Source: Phoronis australis
Taxonomy: Eukaryota; Animalia; Phoronida
Length of the DNA: 64,000 nucleotides
Assembly (NCBI GenBank): GCA_002633005.1
Contig: NMRA01000280.1
Coordinates: 460,403 to 524,402, forward strand
Direction: 5' to 3'
Under the pieces are notes generated by a model, which was not told the origin of the DNA, searched no databases, and was given only the letters and a program-made list of their open reading frames with translations. This document shows positions 12,616 to 24,568 of this stretch, piece after piece (the stretch's first letter is position 1; each line of letters starts with the position of its first letter). The position numbers and the translations under genes were made by a program.

Positions 12616-13342
12616 TTTTTAGTTGAATACTGTTTTTATCTCTCGAATGCCCAGATGACAATGGAATATCAGCAGGTGACAGAACGAGGATTGATTAAAA
12701 TCAGTAAAACCGGATTTAGTATCCTTATAAAAGCTTCATAAAATCGATTATAACGAAAGTCAGTTACAAGTTGAACGTCACGCTCCAATAATACTCACTC
12801 AACCTAACTTCTAATATTTTCAAAGTTAACTGAATTCCAGTCTTGCAGTGTAATTTTCATTTTTGTTGGTGCACCACCACCTAAAATGGCTGCCATAGTA
12901 AGTTAAAGCGTATTTATGCATAATGGGTAATCACTCAATTAACTGCCGCCAAAGAGGAATGAAAATTACAAAATGTTTATTTTAGCGATACCTTTCGACT
13001 GATGAAATTCAACCCGACAGTCAAACTATATCGTAGTAGAGTAGATGAGGGCCAAGCCCTCGGACAGCTTCACAAGGTTGGTCGATCTCGCCTTCTGTCC
13101 TTGCTGTGGTTGGCGCGGACGTGGATCGAGCGGCAGGACCTGGTTGGAAGGCGGTGGTGTTCTTCTTCTTGTGGAGATGAGACGCTGGCTGGATGGCAAC
13201 AGCGTCGTTGACTTCTAGGGTGTGAAGCTGCCTTAATGGCAACAGCTTACATGTTGTAACAGGTTGTCTTTGTGCTGCCACGTTGTGACAGTTTGCCGGA
13301 CTCACATGAAGCCGGCTTAATGGTAACAGCTGTCATGCTAGT

Positions 13343-13655
13343 CCTTGCTTGTCTTTATACTGCCCTGTCGGGACAGTTACCATTAGAGCAGGGCCCGAAC
13401 CCTTGGTGCTCCTGGTACATGCTTGTCACTGGAACTCGGTTGTCTTTATACTGTCCCGTCAGGACAGTTACCCGGCAGTGGAGCAGGGCCCGAACCCTTG
13501 TTGCTCCTGGTACATGCTTGTCACTAGGATTCGGTTGTCTTTATATTGCCCTGTCGGGACAGTTACCAGTAGAGCGGGGCCAGAACCCTTGGTGCTCCTG
13601 GTACATACTTGTCACTGGAATTCGGTTGTCTTTATACTGCCCCGTCGGGACAGTT
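13343..13655. repeat. ~90-96 bp tandem repeat, ~3.4 copies
   Basis: TTGTCTTTATA..GCCC.GTC.GGACAGTTA recurs at ~13349, 13439, 13535 and 13626. Confidence 0.9.
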
Positions 13656-14354
13656 AACTGTCGGGTCACTAGCCGGAGGATCTGTGGCTGGGCCATTCAG
13701 ATCTGTCTTGTAGTTGGTGTTGACAGAGTCAACGATCGACTGGGTGACTTCTTCTTTCTTGAAGTCGAGCCCCAGTTGGTAAGGTGTGTCAAAAATGCTG
13801 CGTTCTGCCACAGATTGGTCACTTAAGCCGTCACTCAAAGTCCTGGCGATAGGTCAATTACGTCATCACAACCCGGAGTCCCCAATGTTGAATGACATGC
13901 AATGGCGGTGTGCAATGGCAGCAGGCACAGCTATGGGCGAGTTGCTAGCTGCTGGTGATCGGCTTACGTACGACTACCGACTATGGCTTTTGTCAGAGGC
14001 ATAGACCGCTATAATTCCGACATCATAACGGGGAAAATCGAGACAGGGGAACAAAGAGACGAGGGAACATACTGTGTTCGGTCTGTGATTTTACCGTGGT
14101 TAATATCAAAGTTTGCGTGATAAGTTATATGCGAAATTATCATTAACAAGTCGGCATGACGGCGACATCCCGCTGCTCCCAACTTGTTCGATTCTATAGC
14201 CCAACAACAAGTTGGGAAGTTTACCCCCGTAGCCAATATCGTACACCACTGATTAACTCNAGAGAAGCGGCCTTGGGCTCGGCCAGTCAACCCAGTCATC
14301 CAACAGACGATCCTGAATAAAGAGCCGATGTTTCTGAATAGTAAATATTGTCTT

Positions 14355-14593
14355 TTATTGAACCAGGCCTTCATCGTAACATCTCCTCTGATTGGAGTCG
14401 AAACACGACTCCTCAAAGAGGGCAGAACACAGAGTGGCTCCGGACAGAATCGCTTTGTCCACGCTGAGGTCCCACACTCTCGTTCGGCGCACGAAGTGAT
14501 GCCACTACTGCGCAACTTTGGCGTCCTTCGGAACACCGAGACGTTCTCCGTCTGACTGCTGTTGCTGCAGCCTCCGCAAACACATCTTTTCAT
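14355..14593 (-). pseudogene. Decayed THAP zinc-finger coding sequence, probably transposon-derived
   Basis: MKRCVCGGCSN...VSVF, then after a frameshift PKDAKVAQ*WHHFVRRTRVW...ATLCSALFEESCFD. This is the THAP CxxxxC, FP, W, LCSxHF pattern with a frameshift, an in-frame stop (14505-14507) and His replaced by Leu. Confidence 0.7.
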
Positions 14594-17500
14594 CCCTCTA
14601 CGAATCTTCTTGACGCTAAATATACTTTACTTTCACTTCACTCTATACACTTGGTTGCTGATCCGAAATGTGTGCCGAACGACTTGGGTTCAATCCATGA
14701 CGTTGTACATAATTATTATTGTTTTCAATTTTTATGTGTTTCTTTATGAGCTGTGCACTAAAGGCACTGAAATCAAGTAAGATATAATAATAAAATTTAT
14801 TTTGAGGTACTAGAGTCATGTTGCGTACACTTTAAGACAATCTATTCTGTCCAAACGGACGCACTGGGTTTGGCTGTGTTCATACGCATTCGCTAATAGC
14901 GTGCAAACACCATACGTTTCCATTGAAGCCGCAGGGAGATCCTGCTTGTTATTATACGGGACACAAGACTGAGCTGGGCAGTTAACAAAAGAGCCAGATG
15001 TTATCGCTCGTTCAGCACCCCTCACGTCTGGAAAAGTTACTGAACGACAGAACGCTGTAATGTTTTAGCAGTTCTTGTTGGTGTATGATTATACAAGAAG
15101 CAAAAGATAAATAAATGAATTCATAAGTAAATATCACCTCCCATTCCTGACAGGCTTAAAAACAATTTTTAATTCTAAGTAGCAGAAGATATATAAACAC
15201 CTCAACAAAAGTTCCGGCCACGGTATCCCAGTCTTCACCCGAAACGACCGGTGCACTTGCGGCCACTGGTTCGAACCTATTTACATACATGCACGTCCCG
15301 TTTGCGTCCCTAAGAGCCCGTTCTCGAGGTGCTTTTTTCAATAGCTTATGTGTACGGTTTTTCGTCACATTCGAGTAAAAGTAAAAAAAAACTGTCCAAA
15401 GATTTCCACGTAGCCTGAAGACTCATTGCTATAACATTCAGTTTGTTCCTAGCCTTGTGTGACTGAGTATAACGTGCCTGTCTCACTGCCTGTTTATTTT
15501 ATTTTCCACCAGGCATAATCGCTTACTAGAATGGAGTTTTATGATCAACATATGTCCCGAATAATAGATAAATGATACGTGCGTCGCAAGCTCGTTACCA
15601 GAGATGAAAGGAGACCGAGGTAGGCGATATAAGGTCATTTATTACGACTAGTACAATTACAATAAAATGAATACAGGTAAATAACGTATAATAGGTAATC
15701 TCTGGTAAGATGGGCAATAAAACTGAAGCGCCACAAAAGATGTTGTAAGACAGCTCATGCCCATCCGCAGGGACACACGAAGGGAGAGAAATGAAAAGAA
15801 AAGGGTGCAGGACTACTTACAAACGCTGTCAGCCGGATACCCAACCCTAACTCCGGGTGCCAAACCGGAGGGGGGGGGGTACGATTGCCAGGGCTGGAAC
15901 ACCCGACAGGTGCCGGTATTGCCTCACCCCGTGTCGTGGCGGGAAAATTAGATAAATGACTGAAAAACAAGGGAGTAAAAGCGAACATAAAGTCAACAAA
16001 CGAACAGGTAAGCTAGAGCACTAAAGTACGCAAAAGGCGGGTCCATATATGCTCACATAAATATATTTAACGAGTGAAATACCACTTCACGCGAGTCCTT
16101 CCTTCTCAACTTATTTCAAAGTTATCCAGAAGCTCTCGCGACGTCTTGATTCACTAGATTTCCGCAAGAGTTGTCTGTATTGTGCGTAACCGCTCACTTG
16201 GTAATTTATTTACAAACCCAAGAGACTGGGAATGAATCGCATCTAAAGCCCGTTTCTGTATTGCATTCTGTTACTCATCCCAAATTTTAGGTAACGACAT
16301 GCCTTTATGCGCCGAGCACATGTAAAAGGAGCAACAAACTGCGAGTATTTTGCAAACCCAGAAATAAGTTTTCATATGAATTAGGATTGAGACAAATTTT
16401 GTAGCGATTAGTGGTCTAAATCAAAAGAAAGCTCGTCGATTCACTTTTGACCTGATTGGTCAACCCGAGGAAAATTGGACTGTTCCACCAATGGCAAATG
16501 ATCCTACAATGTCTTTTGAAGGTAGACCTATCGTGGCAAGAGCAACTATGAAACAAACTTGTGAGTGTAGATTTTAAATCGTGAAAGCAAATGGAATGAG
16601 GCATTAGCATTTCAAAATGATGCCATGAAACATTGGACTGCTGTGGACTATCCATTCTGAGAATTGAACTAATGTTCTGTCTTGCAATTGCTTTCTTTCA
16701 CTGAACCTGGAGTCACACAGTGTATCATTAAATAGGCTAAAACGTGATGAAAAGACTTGTTAATTTTTACTTCATAGGAAGCAATTAATTGAGAAGAAAT
16801 TAAAAAAGGTGTTACCAAATGGAAGAAAAGACCATGTCTGCTTATTATCGCAGATGACGGAAACCACAGAACAGCCGACCGATATGACTACGTAATAATA
16901 CCGCTGCCCAACGACTCATTTGCCATTTTCTTAACGAACACATGTACACATTTAGCATACATTATGTCAATTTATGTCATTTTTGGTCGATTAAAGGCAG
17001 AAATATTCGAAAAACTGCGCACACTTTATACGGGACATAACGAATATCAAAATTACCCGATGTTTCTTTCGAAACACAAACCAATTATGTTGATTTTCTC
17101 AATTTCTTAGGTTTAGGTAATAAGAGCAAAAAAACTAGATGTACGCAACATTTAGTAGCTTTTAGTTACCAGCAACTCTCTCTTAGTGTAATGGGCCCGC
17201 TTTGTGGCCTACCGCATAAGGCATCGGGCCACCTGCACCCCCCTTTTTTACTAAATTCTCTCTTACGTTTTATGGTGTTCCTTCCCTCACTTGACTGTTT
17301 GCTGAAACTTTTCATTGGGTTTCCTAACATGGCAGTGTCACATGTGTTTCCAACCAAGTTGGTTGTGATTCTCAGTTAAAGTTGCCCGGTTGTCCAGATA
17401 GCGGAAACATTTCACACCATTTTTTGTAAGGTTTCACCTTCTTATTTCCCAAAAACACTTCACTAGCCTAGTGAACAGCTAATTACTTTAATATAAGGCG

Positions 17501-18812
17501 TCCACTTCTTGGCCACTTTCAGGCGGGCCTTCTATATAAATATAAAGGGCCTCAATTTATGTCCGCCGCCAGGCAGGACCACTGTATTAATAACGGGTAA
17601 TGTTTTTTTGACCACCTTCAGATGGAACCAAGCCATACTGATGTAGTTGGTCCCACTTTTGAAGCTCGAAAATGAATTTTTTTGCCTACCCGGTATGTCT
17701 TTTCAATAAGAATTATACCTATCCTTATTAATATGACATAAGCAAATATTCAGCCTCAGAAAAGGGGTCTCCTCCAATATTAATATAGGGCCCTGCCCGA
17801 AGACTATTAACAGCGGAGTCACCTACATCAATATAAGAGACCCACTTTCTGGCCACTTCCATGTAGGGCCCCCTATATAAATACTGAAAACACCACTTTT
17901 GGAGCTCTAACATGGATTTCTTGCCTAAGTCATTTTTCTTAGCAAGTCAATACTCAACTGTAGACAACTGAAAATGGATGTCATTTACCAAGGTTTAGGT
18001 TTCACTGGTCAATGTTTTATTAACAAAGTCTAGGCAGAAGTAAGAGAGACCCTGTACTGAAATTAATTCACATTAACAAACAACATTCAGTTAAGATAGT
18101 CAAGAACTACAACCCATACAATCTCCTCATGTATTGACAACAGCAGTGTGCCAAATACACTAGTAGAATAAAGTTATACAAGCCCAAATGTCGAGAACTT
18201 TGACACATATATGTATATATATACACACACGCACATACATTTGTATGTATACGTAAATAAACTCTGTTTAATAGCAGGAAGAGAGAAAAATTAATTGTTT
18301 ACAAACCTTAGAGTCGACCCGCACTGAAAGACTCACAAAAAGACAAACTAATACACTTCCCCTAAATGTTTGTAACAAGTGCAAAGTGACTAAAATATGG
18401 GAAACAGGATGAAAGTGAAAATCGATTGCATCAGATAATTCAGAATAATATGAATTTTGCATGAATTTCTGTGTCCCAGACTCAAAACACTGTACGGCAG
18501 AGAATTTTTGCTAAATGTATCCCCAAGGGACAAAAAAATACATGAACAAAGACAAACCCTTATAAATGACAGAGCCAACACAGAGCAACATCGGGTTCAA
18601 GAGACTCAGCTGAAGGATAACAACAAACAAAAGGTAATTTGCATACATGCTGAATAGCAAGATAATAACACCAAGACTATATGACAGTCACGCCATGGCC
18701 AATGCTGTGCATATTTTCACTGAAGAATAGAGAAAGACAAGCTGTGCATTCATTGATCAGATACATATTTGGCACAATTCCCAAATTTAAGAAAATTTCT
18801 TCATTCTGCCTT

Positions 18813-19000
18813 GGGTTCCACTATAAACCAGTGGTTATTCTGCCAAGAATGGGTTCCACTATAAACCAATGGGCACTCTGCCACGAATGGCTCCCACTAT
18901 AAGCCAGTGGGTAATCTACCACGAATTTGTCCCACAACAAACCAGTGGTTACTCTGCAATGAATGGGTCCCACTATAAACCAGTGAGTACTTTGCCACAG
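18813..19000. repeat. ~38-bp minisatellite, ~5 copies
   Basis: GGGTTCCACTATAAACCAGTGG..CTGCCA.GAAT unit repeated. Confidence 0.85.
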
Positions 19001-20320
19001 ATGAAAAAACTAACAAAATAGCGTCTTGGCAAGTTTTAAGTATAATGACAAAATAAATAACGAAAACTGGTGCAGTTCTACTAGTGATGTTAAGCCCGGG
19101 TTTGAGTCTGTTCTATGGCTTGCTTACTTAAAGCCTGACTTTAACTGAATTGTATTTTAGATGTATTGGGTTAACCAGATAGACATAGCAAAGCCTTAGC
19201 AAAATAAGAAAATGCCAGCTAAATAACGCAAATGTAGTCCCTTCAAATGATAAGTGAAGCTGACTTTTCTTGTCATGTTGCATCACCACGAGATTACAGC
19301 ACAAACAACAAAAGGCCATAACAGTTGTATTGAGTAGGGGTCTGAACAGCACACCATTGCTTGTAGGTGTTATTGGCAGCTGTTTGAATTAAAATGTGAT
19401 TCTCCACTGACATAGACAAAAGCAATCAAATACACCTAGCAGTTTGTTACATTTGGCTCAGAGCGGTGCTCTTAAAATACTGTAGGAACCAAATTTACAG
19501 GTGTCACTGTTCAAGATAGGCTTTAAAGCACAGGCACACCAATCTCCCTATGACTCATAACAATATGTTACCAAAGTATTACACAGTTGTAGATACGAGA
19601 CGCAGATAAATTCAAGGGCCTGTGACTTAAAGCTTTAAAATAGTTTGTCACCATGGAAAACTCTCGAAAGTTAGGCACATGTTTGAAACTCGTTGGGAAC
19701 TCGTCTAAATTGCTAACCATGGCCAACAATTAAGGTGAGTTATATGGTCACTTAGTGAAAAAACAGTCAATTATAGAGTCACAAAACCACTTGAACATAC
19801 AGAGACTAGGAGTTCTCTCAAAGAGCACCAAAAGCATTTACCTGAGGAACACAACTCAAACGAAATGCAAAATAACAGTTAAATTAATTTCACCAACCAA
19901 AATATACACAAATAAATACAGCATGATGTGGGCACATGACGCGTGCATGACATGATACTAAATAGCTGTCACCCACACAGATGAAAGCCTGTTACAGGAA
20001 CTTAACCACATTGATAACTTACATTTTCAAAGCAAGTTGTTCCAAATCCATAAAGGAAGCAAAACCATTATCACTGAAGTAGAACCAACTAACAGTCACC
20101 TCAAAACAAATGTTGAACAGCAGCCACTCACCAGCACACAAACCAAACGTCGCTCATGGTGCACACTCTTTGTGCTGGTAAAGGTTCTTGTGGTACATGA
20201 TTACATGGCATTTGTGCCGACTGATATGGGATCCACTCATGCCTAAAGGGTTTTGTTCAGTAGAAACAGTTATATAACCTTTAATAGGGGTTTGATTACC
20301 ATTCCTGAAACTTAAATGCT

Positions 20321-22345
20321 AAACAAGAGCAACGCAGAGTGTTGAAATGCACCTACAACTGCAACGCAAACAGTGTGCTTTTGAGGGTGTTTATTAGGGT
20401 CAAAAATGGACACTAGGTGGCATAGAATACATCAAATACATCCCAAAATAGATAATGCTATCGCCATCATAACACAGACTTATTTGCCGAATTTCACTAA
20501 AAACTGCCAACAATCTCTGAAGATACAGAGGCAAACTTAAAAACTTAAATTGCCACTAGAGGGTACAGTGTTAGTCAGAACCATCCAAAAGTCATAGGTA
20601 CCGGGATTTTCCATGGATAAGCCCATGGGCGTGTACTCGGAAAATGAAAAAATTCAGACGTTTTAGTAACACCAAATAAACTCCAGGGCGTTTATTCGAA
20701 AAGGCGGGTGTGTAAATGGAACGTCATAGGTTTCCTGACTTTGACATTTTTTACTTAAAAAATTTATGTTAATAGATGCATAGTTTGCCCGCACTTTGTT
20801 CATTTTTATAAAAGATAAATGCTCCACAAGTTGACACTTAGAGGGCTTTTACGAGAAAAATTTCCAAATAAATGCCCCACTATCTGGACACTTGACACAA
20901 GAAGTTGTATCACCAAATAAACACCCACTTTTATTTATTCGGCACAATTTTCCGAATAGATGCCCACAGGCGTTTCACTGGGTGGGCTTATCTACGGAAA
21001 ACCCCAGTAGCCATAGCCACATTTATAGTATAACACTTGCAAAATTTTACAAGAGCCTTAAAAAGAGTAAGGAGATACAGCTGAGGATGCCACAAGACAA
21101 AAAATTAACACCAGGAGGCATCACAGTAGTCACAGCCATACAAAAATCAACGTCATTTTATGAAGAACAAAAACTGCACTAGGAAAAATAACAAAAAGCC
21201 ATTTGGTGGTGCAACAATACATGGAACCCATATTAAAATGTAAGAGTATTGTCACCTCCTCAGTAGGAACTCATTTACCAATTTCAAAAAATCCATCGAT
21301 GAACTCCAAAACAGAGGCAAATGTAAAAAAAAACAAAGATTTCCACTAGGGTGGTAGTCGAATGGTTCTGAAACTGATCATAATATGTTCTTAGGAACAC
21401 ATCTGCCACATTTCAAAAAGATCCTACAGAGAGTTACGAAGTCACAGTCGTAGATGTAATAAATGCCCCTAGGGGGCGTCAAAGTAGTTGAACACATCCA
21501 AATATCAATGTCAACCACCACTTTCTCATCAGAAACACATCAAACAATATTCACAATGATCCTTCAAATGGTATGGCAGATAGAAAGGAAGACAACAAAA
21601 ATGGACTTGAAACTGTTAAAAATCCCCATAAGGAGGGCCACAATACGTAAATCTGTCCGAAAACAGAGAGGCATTGTCGTCATCTATTTGCCAATATTTC
21701 ATGAGCTCGGAAGATACACAAGAAAACATAAAAAAATCATCACTAAGGGGCACACCAATCGTTATCATCTGCTTTCAGCTCTATAGGAACATATCTGCTA
21801 AAGTTCTTGCAAAGGGTTAAGGAGCTTCAGCCCTGGATGAAAAAAACAACAAAATCCCCAGTAAGACGTACCAGAGTAGTCGAATACATCCAAAAATCAA
21901 TGTCAACTGTTGACTCCTCATCAGAAACACACCTGCCAATTTTCATAATGATCCTTCAAGCTTTTTGACAGATAGAAAGGCACACGCCAAAAAACGGACT
22001 TGAAAATTTTAAAAATGTCCACTAGGTGGCACAGAATCATTAAAGACGTCCAAAAATGGAAAGGTGTTCTTGTCTTGATGACAGAAAGCTATTTGCCAAG
22101 TTTCGTGAAAATCCATCCAAGAACTATGAGGATAGAAAGGCAACCAAAAATTGCCACTAGGGGGCACAGCAGTACTTGTATCGGTCTGAAATTCATCGTC
22201 ATCCGCTGTCAACTTCATAACAACACACTTGCCACATCTCATTAAGATCCTGTAAGGGGCTTAGGAGGTACAGCTGCGAATCCTGGATGCTCAGACAAAG
22301 ATGACAGCAATATGCACCCACACATTAATGTGAGGGCACATGAAA
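20321..22345 (-). mobile_element. DINE-1/HINE-like (Helentron-type non-autonomous) element, copy 1
   Basis: Read on the minus strand: terminal hairpin around ATGCACCCAC (~22311-22341), matching subterminal repeat ATGCACCTAC (~20347), small CAAC/GTTG stem-loop and CTCTTGTT terminus. Interior made of degenerate ~130-160 bp units with a CCACTAG core. Confidence 0.65.
20601..21007. mobile_element. Tc1/mariner-pogo-like MITE nested in HINE copy 1
   Basis: TA|CCGGGATTTTCCATGGATAAGCCCA ... TGGGCTTATCTACGGAAAACCCCAG|TA: ~25-bp imperfect TIRs with TA TSD. Confidence 0.7.
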
Positions 22346-22714
22346 ATAACAAATTAAGAATTAGCCACAGTTAGCTTGGTTAGCCGAGCAATATCCGCAA
22401 TATTTGAAAAACGGCCTTGCAATCTGAAATCTAGTTAGTAATCTAGCAACACATAGAATTAACTAATAAATATCCAACCAACTTTTCCAACTAGTGTTAC
22501 AAGCACAGGTGCATCTTATATGATCAACATATGCCTACCATCCTACAACTACCGTAAGTTTAAATCCCCATGCAACTCCAATTTGCAGGTCAAATTCAAA
22601 TGGTAATAGAAGAACAGTGAAGTATACGTCCCCAGAAACAATTGTTAAACTTCATTTGATCCTTTGGACAAATCTGGGAAAGTTTAAATCACTTGATATT
22701 AATAATAAACCTCT

Positions 22715-24382
22715 AACAAGAGCTGCGTCAAGATTTAGAATGCTGCCACTACTGCACCACAAATAGCATGGCTCTAAAGTAGTGATTAGCATCATAAAAT
22801 GGCCACTATATAGTGATGAAAACATCAAACCTGTCTTACAATTGGCATCGCCACCTACCTATTAGAAAACTATTTGCCACATTTCAACGTAAAACAATCA
22901 CATTCCACTAACAAAAAGACCAGTAACTGGATCTGCCAATTTGCCGTCAATTTAAAGGGAACAGATATGTCAAATTTCACAAAGGTTCTGTACCAGTTTT
23001 AGAAGAAATTCAGAAGCAAAAATGCCACTAGGGGCACTTATTAAAGTAGTTGCACCCATCCTAAAATCAAGGCCAGTCATACTCTTGTCAGTGACAACAC
23101 ATACCAATTTCCATGATGATTCTCTGTGCAGATTAGCAGATACAGACAGACAACAAAAACTAGCCTTGAAAATAACAAAGAACCAATAGGTGACATCAAA
23201 TCGGTCCTGGAATGAAAAAGCAATTGTGTCTCCATAATTTGCCAAATTTCATGAAAAACTGTCACGAAGCTCTGACAATACATAGCCAAATGTAAAAACT
23301 AAAATTGTCAATAAGGGGCACAGAGGTAGACGGAACAATCGAAAAGGGATGGTTAGCCATGGTAACATGCACAGGAAAACCCTTGCCACAGTTCACAAAA
23401 GTAACATTCACAGGAAAACCCTTGCCACAGTTCACAAAAATCCTGAAAAGGATTATAGGAGATAACAGCTGCAGACGCAAAAACAAGATTATCATTAGGA
23501 GGTGCCACAGCAGTCAAACCCGTCTGAAAATCAATGTCAGCCATAGTTTTCTCAGCAGGAACATGTCTGCCAATTTTCATTATAATCTATTGAGCAACTG
23601 GGCAAATAAAGTGGTAGCCATCAAAAGACGGTACTCAAAAATAACAAAAATTGCCACTAGTTGGTGCAAACTATGTTGAATCTGTAGGAAAACAAAAAGG
23701 CACAGCAGTTGTCTCCTCAATAAAAACCTACTTGCCAAAATTAATGAAAATCCATTGATGAACTCCGAAGATTGAGAAGCATTTAGAATACAAATTTGCC
23801 ACTAGGGGGCAAAGCAGTATTTGCACCAGTCCTAAACAGGTTACCATCTTTCATCATCTCCATAGCAACACACCTGTTAACTTTCACAAGGACCCCTCTT
23901 GAAGAGATTCGGCCACAGAAAATCACTACTAGGAGGCAACACAGAATGCGTAACGTTATACAAGTCAGTCGTGGTGTTCTCACCAGGAACTTATCTGCAA
24001 CTTTTCATTAAAAGATCCCTTAGGTGATCTGGCAATTGGAGGTGGAACGGACTCAAAAATAACAAAAATGGCTACAAGGACACATAAAATACGTTGAATC
24101 CATCCGAAAATGGAATGGCATCACTGTCTCCTTAATATAAAGCTAAACCGTCAAGGAACTACGAAGATACGGAGGGAAAGGTAAAAACAACTAAATTAGC
24201 CACTATGCGGGCAAAGCTGTAGTCTGAAATTTGTTATCATATGTCGTCAGTGTCATAGGAACACATCTGCCAAATTTCATTAAGATCGTATGAGGGGTTT
24301 AGTAGATACAGCAGCAAACGCAGGACACCTTGACAGAGATGACAGCAATATGCAACCACATGTATATGTGGGTGCATAAAAA
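22715..24382 (-). mobile_element. DINE-1/HINE-like element, copy 2
   Basis: AACAAGAG at 22715 and hairpin ATGCAACCACAT-GTAT-ATGTGGGTGCAT followed by an A-run at 24350-24382. The last ~120 bp align with the end of copy 1. Same internal CCACTAG units. Confidence 0.65.
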
Positions 24383-24568
24383 GATTCAACCAGATAATAA
24401 ACACATGTTGCTCAACAATGTTGTGCACAGAATTTTACCTTGCAATGAGTGTTCCTCATACAAATACCACTCAGAACAACAACCACAAGAAAATAACAAA
24501 GGGGAGCTCTATGGGGCTTTCACATCAATTTAAAATCGTTTTCCAAACTTAACAACCAACTGCATAGA

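Noticed and set aside
13343-13655. CRISPR-like appearance of the tandem arrays (also 18813-19000 and 63225-64000)
   Set aside because: Whole units repeat with no unique spacers, there are no cas genes, and the context is a eukaryotic intron-containing genome.
15757-15950. GC-rich structured stretch considered as an HDV-like ribozyme or retroelement 5' end
   Set aside because: One hairpin is present, but I could not build the P1/P2/P3 double pseudoknot on either strand.
17490-17915. Two diverged ~100-bp direct repeats about 340 bp apart
   Set aside because: Real but too decayed to assign; no termini or TSD identified.
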